NCBI GenBank assembly: GCA_964016885.1
Contig: OZ024745.1
Location: 91,078,001-91,142,000 of the forward strand
Length of the DNA stretch: 64,000 nt
Direction: 5' to 3'
DNA from: Eledone cirrhosa
Lineage: Eukaryota
The notes under the pieces are model-generated. The model did no database searches. It saw only the letters and a program-made list of their open reading frames with translations, and was not told where the DNA came from. A program made the translations under genes and the position numbers. Each line of letters opens with the position of its first letter. Within the stretch, counting starts at the first letter, position 1. Shown here piece by piece: positions 53,665 to 64,000 of this stretch.

Positions 53665-56359
53665 CATCATCATCATCATCAACGTTTAACGTCCGTGTTC
53701 CACGCTTGCATGGGTTTGGACGGGGGTAGTCCCACTTGAGGCAAGAGTGATTGTCTTGCTCGCATAGGACTGTCTGGCAGGTTTTCTACAGTTGGATGCC
53801 CTTCCTAACACCAACCACATTTACAGTGTGGGTCTGGGAGGTTTTTATCGTGTTGCCTACACGGCCACATTACAGCGTGGACTGTGTGTTTTTTTGTCGT
53901 GACACCTACACGATCTCATTTGTTTCGGCCTGGATGGCGCGGCACCAACATAACTTTACATAGAACGGGGTGGTGTGGATGGGGTGGGGGTGGTGGCGGG
54001 ACGGGGTGTAGTTTGTTAGAGATGCCTACTGGCAAGGCGGGTCTTCTCTGTCACTGAGTACCGCCAAAGGTCACGGTCCAGTGACATTGTCTTGGAGAGG
54101 TGTAAGTGTGTGAGGTCGGAGTTTATCAGCTCATCCCATGTTTTTCTAGGTCTGCCTATTCTGTGGCTACCGTCTATCTTTATTGCCCTGCACTTTGTAA
54201 TACAGCTATCGACTTTCATGCGCATCACGTGTCCATACCAACGCAGCCTTCTCTCGAGTAAACAACATCTGATCCCTCTTATCTCTAATTTTTTCCTTAG
54301 TTCGTTTATGCTTTGCCGTTCACGTATATTACTGTTACACATCCAGCGGAGCATGCAAGCTTCGTTCCTCTCTAGTCTGCGTATATCCTCTGCACACAAT
54401 GCCCAGGTCTCACTACCATGCAACATTGCTGTTCGTATGCAGGCATCGTACAACCTGCCTTTCATTTTTAGGGAGAACCCTTTAGCAGCTAATAGTGGTA
54501 TAAGCTCTCTGAACTTTTTCCAACCAGTTCTGACTCTAGCTACAGTACTTTCAGAGCACCCTCCCCCACTGCTGATTTTATCGCCCAGGTAACGGAAGCT
54601 GTCCACTATTTCTATAGAACCCTCTGCGCAATTGAAAGAGCTAGTATTTTGTGGGCACTTGCTGCTACTTATTGCACCAGAACACCGGCCACATGTAAAG
54701 TCTATGTTCTTAGTTAGCTTACCTGTGATCCCACTACATCTTTTATGCACCCATACTTTGCATTTAGGACATAAGATGGAGTTTCTACCTACGCCTTTCC
54801 TACATACCGAGCACGACCATTTCCCAGAAGGGACCGCCGCCTTGTTTTCTTTCCTACAAACTAGAACTTTGGTCTTAGCCAGGTTAATTTTAAGTCCTTT
54901 TGACACTAGGCCGTGCTTCCATGTTTGGAATTTCTTCTCTAGCTCGGCCATTGATTCCGCTATGAGTGTCAGGTCGTCTGCGTATAGGAGTTCCCATGGG
55001 CAGCCTGTCTTGAACTCCTCTGTTATAGCCTGAAGGGCAATAATAAATAGTAGGGGGCTGAGAACAGAGCCCTGATGGACGCCAACTTTTACGCTTAACT
55101 CTTCACTATATTCGTTGTTAATTCTAACCTTGCTGACTGTTTCTTTATACATGGCTTGTATAGCCCTCACAAGCCATTCGTCAACGCCTAGTTTTCTAAG
55201 AGCCCACCAGATAATGGAGCGGGGGACTCTGTCGAAGGCTTTCTCCAGGTCGACAAAAGCTAAGTAGAGGGGTTTACCTTTAGCTAGGTACTTCTCCTGT
55301 AGTTGTCGTACTATGAAAAGAGCGTCTGTGGTGCTTTTGCCTGACACAAACCCGAACTGCATTTCATCTAGATCAATTCTCTCTCTGATTAGTTGCGCTA
55401 TTACTTTTTCCGTGACCTTCATGACCTGGTCGATTAATTTAATGCCTCTATAGTTACTCCTATCTAGGGCGTCTCCTTTACCCTTATAACAGTTAACGAT
55501 GATGCTGCTATGCCAGTCCTTCGGAACAACCCCATTCTGTACGACTTGGTTAACTATGCGGGTGACCATGGTGTGTCCCACCGTGCCAGATGCCTTCAGC
55601 ATCTCAGCAACTATTTCCGAAGGCCCAGCCGCCTTACCAGTCTTCATATCCTTGATTGCCTTACTTATTATACTCCCCTCGACTAACACTGCTGGTCCCT
55701 CTATCGGGTCGATATGGGGGAGACTGTCTTTCTCCCATTTATTCTCCTCATTTAGTAGCCTTTCATAGTGACACTTCCAAGCTACCTTCTTATCAGTGTC
55801 GGTGATGGCAAGTATGCCATCATCGTTAAGTACACACTTCTCCCCGACAATATCACGGTTTTCCTTGACGCATTGCCTGGCAATCCTGAACACCTCACGT
55901 TTTTGGTCATCGCGTTGTAGAACATGCTTGAACTTTCTTTCCTCAGCTTCCCTTCTTGCTAAGTACACTTCTCTCCTAGCTTCCCTCCTGGCCACTTGAT
56001 AGTCTACTCTACTTCCCCCATCCCGCCATACTTTCCAAGCCTGCTTTTTGGCCTTAATTGACCCCTCCACCCTATTGTTCCACCACCATGTTACTCTCCT
56101 CCTGCCTACAGGCCTGCTCCAGCCACAGACTTCGTCTGTCGCCAACAGTCTTTCAGAAATTTCCACTGTCCCTCTATATTGTCCGATTCTAGATGCTCTT
56201 CCTTACTGTCGAAAGCATCAAGTAATATGCTTTGAAATTTATTTCTGGCTGTGGGGTCCATTAGTTTCCATATTTTCCTCCTGAGGATAGTCCTCTTCTG
56301 CTGTCGGGTACGTCTCGTCCTGACTATGAGGTCGCTAATTATCAGTCTATGTTGGGAAT
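53664..56359 (-). mobile_element. RTE LINE family A, 5'-truncated
   Basis: ORF 54016-56166 with complete RT and PHD-like finger; (CAT)n tail. Confidence 0.95.
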
Positions 56360-56360
56360 G

Positions 56361-56391
<31 letters not shown>

Positions 56392-56400
56392 GTATATATG

Positions 56401-56431
<31 letters not shown>

Positions 56432-56450
56432 GTATATATGTATATATATG

Positions 56451-56481
<31 letters not shown>

Positions 56482-56542
56482 GTATATATGTATATATATG
56501 TATATATATATATATGTATATATATGTATATGTATATATATG

Positions 56543-56591
<49 letters not shown>

Positions 56592-56617
56592 GATATATGT
56601 TATATATATATATTATG

Positions 56618-56648
<31 letters not shown>

Positions 56649-57017
56649 GTATATATATATGTATATATATATATATATGTATATGTATATATATATATAT
56701 GTATATATATGTATATGTATATGTTTATGTATATATATATATATGTATATGTATGTATATATGTATATGTATATTTATGTATAATGTATATATATATATA
56801 TGTATATGTATATATATATATGTATGTGTATATGTATATATATATATGTATATGTATGTATATATGTATATGTATATATATATATATGTATATGTATATA
56901 TATATATATGTATATGTATATGTATATATATATGTATATGTATTATATATATATATATGTATATGTATATGTATATATATATATGTATATATATATGTAT
57001 ATGTATATATATATATG

Positions 57018-57068
<51 letters not shown>

Positions 57069-57120
57069 GTGTATATATATATATATGTATATGTGTATAT
57101 ATATATATATGTATATGTGT

Positions 57121-57154
<34 letters not shown>

Positions 57155-57301
57155 ATGTATATGTGTATATATATGTATATGTGTATATATATATATATAT
57201 GTATATGTGTATATATATATATATGTATATGTGTATATATATATATATGTATATGTGTATATATATATATATGTATATGTGTATATATATATATATATGT
57301 G

Positions 57302-57336
<35 letters not shown>

Positions 57337-57488
57337 GTATGTATATATATATATGTATATATATATGTAATATATATATGTATATATATATGTATATTAT
57401 ATATATGTATGTATATATATATATGTATATATGTGTATATATATATATATGTATATATGTGTATATATATATATATATATATGTATGT

Positions 57489-57529
<41 letters not shown>

Positions 57530-57601
57530 TATGTATGTATATATATATGTATGTATATATATATATATATGTATGTGTATATGTATATATATATATGTAT
57601 G

Positions 57602-57634
<33 letters not shown>

Positions 57635-57688
57635 GTATATATATGTATTATATATATATGTATATATATATATATATGTATATATATG

Positions 57689-57719
<31 letters not shown>

Positions 57720-58052
57720 GTATATATATGTATATATATATATGTATATATATATATATGTATATATATGTATATATATATATATGTATATGTATATATA
57801 TATATGTATATATGTATATATATGTATATATATATATATGTATATATATATATGTATATATATGTATATATATATATATATGTATATGTATATATATGTA
57901 TATATGTATATATATATATGTATATATGTATATGTATATATATATGTATATGTATATATATGTATATGTATATATATATATGTATATATGTATATGTATA
58001 TATATATGTATATGTATATATATGTATATATATATATATATATGTATATATA

Positions 58053-58107
<55 letters not shown>

Positions 58108-58109
58108 GT

Positions 58110-58157
<48 letters not shown>

Positions 58158-58186
58158 ATATATATATATATGTATATGTATATATG

Positions 58187-58217
<31 letters not shown>

Positions 58218-58225
58218 GTATATGT

Positions 58226-58257
<32 letters not shown>

Positions 58258-58261
58258 GTAT

Positions 58262-58309
<48 letters not shown>

Positions 58310-58386
58310 GTATGACACTACCGTAAACTCTTGGTAGATTTATCTACATATATGTATATATATATATATATGTATATATATATGTG

Positions 58387-58419
<33 letters not shown>

Positions 58420-58539
58420 GTATATATATATGTATATATATATGTATATATATATATGTATATATATATATGTATATATATATGTATATATATATGTATA
58501 TATATATATGTATATATATATATGTATATATATATGTAT

Positions 58540-58587
<48 letters not shown>

Positions 58588-58704
58588 GTATGAAATATAC
58601 TGCCTACCACTATTTAGGGTGTGTGTAAAATACTTACAACTGCTTAAGGTTTTGTGTTTACATAACCATAAATAGTATAACTAATACTATATATATGTAT
58701 ATAT

Positions 58705-58750
<46 letters not shown>

Positions 58751-58765
58751 GTATATATATATATG

Positions 58766-58840
<75 letters not shown>

Positions 58841-58848
58841 GTATATAT

Positions 58849-58880
<32 letters not shown>

Positions 58881-58881
58881 G

Positions 58882-58935
<54 letters not shown>

Positions 58936-58943
58936 TGTATATG

Positions 58944-58974
<31 letters not shown>

Positions 58975-58982
58975 GTATATGT

Positions 58983-59037
<55 letters not shown>

Positions 59038-59045
59038 TGTATATG

Positions 59046-59076
<31 letters not shown>

Positions 59077-59105
59077 GTATATGTATATATATATATATGT
59101 ATATG

Positions 59106-59138
<33 letters not shown>

Positions 59139-59222
59139 GTATATGTATATATATATGTATATATATATATATATATGTATATGTATATATATATGTATAT
59201 ATATATGTATATATATATGTAT
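56360..59222. repeat. (TA)nTG arrays with two short unique islands (~58311-58348, ~58590-58690)
   Basis: predominantly G interruptions on the + strand. Confidence 0.93.
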
Positions 59223-61477
59223 ATCATCATCATCATCATCATCAACGTTTAACGTCCGTGTTCCACGCTTGCATGGGTTTGGACGGGGGTAGTCCCACAA
59301 GAGTGACTGTCTTGCTCGCATAGGACTGTCTGGCAGGTTTTCTACAGTTGGATGCCCTTCCTAACACCAACCACATTTACAGTGTGGGTCTGGGAGGTTT
59401 TTACCGTGTTGCCTACACGGCCACATTACAGCGTGGACTGTGTGTTTTTTTGTCGTGACAACTACACGATCTCATTTGTTTCGGCCTGGATGGTGTGGCA
59501 CCAACATAACTTTACATAGAACGGGGTGGTGTGGATGGGGTGGTGGTGGTGGGACGGGGGGGGGGGTTATTTTGTTAGAGATGGCTGTAGTAGGTTTTAC
59601 TATGTATTTAGGTAAGGCGGGTCTTCTCTGTTAGTGAGTACCGCCAAAGGTCTCAGTCCAGTGACATTGTCTTGGAGAGGTGTAAGTGTGTGAGGTCGGA
59701 GTTTATCAGCTCGTCCCAGGTTTTTCTAGGTCTGCCTATTCCGTGGCTACCGTCTATCTTTATTGCCCTGCACTTTGTAATACAGCTATCGACTTTCATG
59801 CGCATCACGTGTCCATACCAGCGTAGCCTTCTCTCGAGTAAACAACATCTGATCCCTCTTATTTCTAATTTTGTCCTTAGTTCGTTTATGCTTTGCCGTT
59901 CACGTATATTACTGTTACACATCCAGCGGAGCATGCAAGCTTCGTTCCTCTCTAGTCTGCGTATATCCTCTGCACACAATGCCCAGGTCTCACTGCCATG
60001 CAACATTGCTGTTCGTATGCAGGCATCGTACAACCTGCCTTTCATTTTTAGGGAGAACCCTTTAGCAGCTAATAGTGGTATAAGCTCTCTGAACTTTTTC
60101 CAACCAGTTCTGACTCTAGCTACTGTACTTTCAGAGCACCCTCCCCCACTGCTGATTTTATCACCCAGGTAATGGAAACTGGCCACTATTTCTATAGAAC
60201 CCTCTGCGCAATTGAAAGAGCTAGTATTTTGTGGGCACTTGCTGCTACTTATTGCACCAGAGCACCGGCCACATGTAAAATCTATGTTCTTAGTTAGCTT
60301 ACCTGTGATCCCACTACATCTTTTATGCACCCATACTTTGCATTTAGGACATAAAATGGAGTTTCTACCTACGCCTTTCCTACACCCCGATCACGACCAT
60401 TTCCCAGAAGGGACCGCCGCCTTATATTCTTTCCTACAAACTAGAACTTAAGTCTTAGCCAGGTTAATTTTAAGTCCTTTTGATTCTAGGCCGTGCTTCC
60501 ATGTTTGGAATTTCTTCTCTAGCTCGGCCATTGATTCCGCTATGAGTGTCAGGTCGTCTGCGTATAGGAGTTCCCATGGGCAGCCGGTTTTGAACTCCTC
60601 TGTTATAGCCTGAAGGGCAATAATAAATAGTAGGGGGCTGAGAACAGAGCCCTGATGGACGCCAACTTTTACGCTAAACTCTTCACTATATTCGTTGTTA
60701 ATTCTAACCTTGCTGACTGTTTCTTTATACATGGCTTGTATAGCTCTCACAAGCCATTCGTCAACGCCTAGTTTTCTAAGAGCCCACCAGATAATGGAGC
60801 GGGGGACTCTGTCGAAGGCTTTCTCCAAGTCGACAAAAGCTAAGTAGAGGGGTTTACCTTTAGCTAGGTACTTCTCCTGTAGTTGTCGTACAATGAAAAG
60901 AGCGTCTGTGGTACTTTTGCCTGACACAAACCCGAACTGCATTTCATCTAGGTCAATTCTCTCTCACATTAGTTGTGCTATTACTTTTTCCGTGACCTTC
61001 ATGACCTGGTCGATTAATTTAATGCCTCTATAGTTACTCCTATCTAGGGCGTCTCCTTTACCCTTATAACAGTTAACGATGATGCTGCTATGCCAGTCCT
61101 TCGGAACAACCCCATTCTGTACGACTTGGTTAACTATGCGGGTGACCATGGTGTGTCCCACCGTGCCAGATGCCTTCAGCATCTCAGCAACTATTTCCGA
61201 AGGCCCAGCCGCCTTACCCGTCTTCATATCTTTGATTGCCTTACTTATTATACTCCCCTCGACTAACACTGCTGGTCCCTCTATTGGGTCGATGTGGGGG
61301 AGACTGTCTTTCTCCCATTTGTTCTCCTCATTTAGAAGCCTTTCGTAGTGACACTTCCAAGCTACCTTCTTATCAGCGTCGGTGATGGCAAGTATGCCAT
61401 CATCGTTAAGTACACACTTCTCCCCGACAATATCACGGTTTTCCTTGACGCATTGCCTAGCAATCCTGAACACCTCA
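59223..61477 (-). mobile_element. RTE LINE family A, 5'-truncated, with stops
   Basis: ORF pieces 59653-61477; (CAT)n tail. Confidence 0.93.
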
Positions 61478-61517
61478 TATGTATATATATATATGTATAT
61501 GTATATGTATATATATG

Positions 61518-61550
<33 letters not shown>

Positions 61551-61564
61551 GTATACGTATATAT

Positions 61565-61596
<32 letters not shown>

Positions 61597-61683
61597 GTAT
61601 ATGTATATGTATATATATATATATATGTATATGTATATATATATATATGTATATGTATATATATATATATGTATATATATATG

Positions 61684-61730
<47 letters not shown>

Positions 61731-61750
61731 GTATATATATATGTATATGT

Positions 61751-61865
61751 ATCATCATCATCATCATCATCAACGTTTAACGTCCGTGTTCCACGCTTGC
61801 ATGGGTTTGGACGGGGGTAGTCCCACTTGAGGCAAGAGTGATTGTCTTGCTCGCATAGGACTGTC
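61751..61865 (-). mobile_element. RTE family A 3' terminal fragment
   Basis: (CAT)n + caacgtttaacgtccgtgttccacgc. Confidence 0.9.
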
Positions 61866-62112
61866 GTATATATATGTATATGTATATATATATGTATATG
61901 TATATATATGTATATGTATATATATGTATATATATATATATATGTATATATATATGTATATATATATATATGTATATATATGTATATGTATATATATGTA
62001 TATGTATATATATATGTATATATATGTATATATATATATGTATATGTATGTATATGTATATATATATATATATGTATATATATATGTATATATATATATA
62101 TATATGTATATG

Positions 62113-62145
<33 letters not shown>

Positions 62146-62163
62146 ATATATATATATGTATAT

Positions 62164-62430
62164 ATCATCATCATCAACGTTTAACATCCGTGTTACACGC
62201 TTGCATGGGTTTGGATGGGGGTTTTCCCACTTGAGGCAAGAGTGATTGTCTTGCTCGCATAGGACTGTCTGGCAGGTTTTCTACAGTTGGATGCCCTTCC
62301 TAACACCAACCACATTTACAGTGTGGGTCTGGGAGGTTTTAACCGTGTTGCCTACACGGCCACATTACAGCGTGGACTGTGTGTTTTTTTGTCGTGACAC
62401 CTACACGATCTCATTTGTTTCGGCTTGGAT
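62164..62430 (-). mobile_element. RTE family A 3' UTR fragment
   Basis: (CAT)n tail and 3' UTR. Confidence 0.9.
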
Positions 62431-62432
62431 TT

Positions 62433-62760
62433 TGAGGCACATGGCTTAGTGGTTAGAGCATTGGCCTTGCAATCGAAAGATTGTGAGTTCAATTCTCAGA
62501 CCGGGTGATGTGTTGTTTCCTTCAGCAAGACACTTTATTTCACATTGCTCCAGTTTAATCAGCTGTAGAAATGAGATGATAGGGACTGGGGTGCATATCA
62601 TTCCACTGCAAAGTGGTCGTGGAGGTGCCACGGCAAAAAAGCACCCAGCACTCACTGTAAAAATGAGGTTGGTGTTAGGAAGGGCATCCAGCTGTAGAAA
62701 TCAAGCCAGAATCAGTTCCTGTCTCACCCTTGCAAGCAGGGAAAAAGAGGACATAAAATG
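62433..62760 (+). mobile_element. tRNA-derived CORE-like SINE ending in an RTE family B 3' UTR
   Basis: TGGCTTAGTGG A box, GAGTTCAATTC B box, ccttcagcaagacactt core; 62605-62760 matches the RTE-B 3' end. Confidence 0.7.
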
Positions 62761-62819
62761 AAATATATATATGAATATATATATATATATGAATATATAT
62801 GTATATATATATATATATA

Positions 62820-63148
62820 TATGAATGTATATATATATATATAAGTATATATTTACATATATATAGGTTACTCAATATATATAATATACATACTGGAAAT
62901 ATTGCAGCCACATTCTCTGCTTGAATATATTCATACTTACATACACACATTCACCTATACAAATGAGCACGTGTGTCAGTGTATGTGTTTGTCCACACAC
63001 ACACACATATATATATATGTGTGTATGTAAGTATGAATATATTCAAGCAGAGAATTTGGCTGCAATATTTCCAGTATGTATATTATATATATTGAGTAAC
63101 CTATATATATGTAAATATATACTTATATATATATATATATATACATTC

Positions 63149-63150
<2 letters not shown>
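62820..63150. repeat. foldback with ~130-bp arms
   Basis: 62820-62950 mirrors 63017-63150. Confidence 0.8.
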
Positions 63151-63179
<29 letters not shown>

Positions 63180-63180
63180 C

Positions 63181-63321
<141 letters not shown>

Positions 63322-63724
63322 CATATATATATACACATATATATATATTCATATATATATATATTCATATATATATATATATATATTCATATATATATGT
63401 ATATATATATATATATATATTCATATATATATATGTATATATGTATATATATATATATATATATTCATATATATATATGTATATATGTATATATATATAT
63501 ATATATAAGTATATGCAAAAGTTCTATTTAAATTGTTGGGATACAACAAGCAAATATTTTTATAACTAATATAAAGCACTCAACAAGTATTTGGCGTAAA
63601 CATACGATATTAACAAATGGAAATTATATTTATAAAACCATATGACTATCCTGGAGCTTCCAACAGTAATGGTTGCATTTTTTAAGGGTATGTCAATATT
63701 TATTTATATATATATATATATATA

Positions 63725-63897
63725 GGTAAGTTATTCCGGGTTGAATCGGAGGTAACCACAGTAAGTAAGGTACTCAATACATAGCAGAGTATAAAAGTTT
63801 TAATATAGATGAGATTCTACAGGACTAGAACTGCTTCATTCTTTAGAGAGGATCAGGAATCTCTAAAGAATGAAACAGTGCTAGTCCTGTAGAATTT
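63725..63897 (-). repeat. hairpin element with GTATTGAGTACC trailer
   Basis: ttctacaggactag...ctagtcctgtagaa hairpin; ggtactcaatac at ~63769; homologous to 1802-1946. Confidence 0.75.
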
Positions 63898-63948
63898 CCT
63901 CTCTCTCTCTCCCTCTCTCCCTCTCTCCCTCTCTCTCTCTCTCTCTCT

Positions 63949-64000
<52 letters not shown>

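Noticed and set aside
54092-56284. Antisense ORFs within RTE and CR1 copies
   Set aside because: Shadows of the coding strand, with lengths that vary between copies

Overview
This is AT-rich eukaryotic DNA. The SINE types and repeat style suggest a coleoid cephalopod such as Octopus (inference). The first ~5 kb holds a probable host exon, SINEs, TTAA-flanked MITEs and hairpin elements. From ~4.96 to ~62.8 kb the window is almost entirely a pile-up of retroelements separated by long interrupted (TA)n arrays of up to ~2.4 kb. It contains about 12 RTE-clade LINE copies from at least 3 families, mostly with (GAT)n tails and with a PHD-like finger inserted after the RT core. It also contains 4 CR1-group LINE copies from 2 families with CCCH-finger ORF1, one of which has an intact ORF2. 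Four things stand out. (1) A 469-bp tandem repeat at 9241-11311 carries a complete type I hammerhead ribozyme per unit, i.e. a retrozyme-like array. (2) A second, divergent 470-bp monomer at 24873-25349 has the same architecture with compensatory base changes. Both share an AP-1/octamer/PSE-like cassette reminiscent of snRNA promoters. (3) Both CR1-group families keep a U UUU UUA heptamer where an ATG-less ORF2 is open in the -1 frame of ORF1. (4) A Penelope-like palindrome carries a candidate long-stem hammerhead. All YIYI-type ORFs are microsatellite artefacts.
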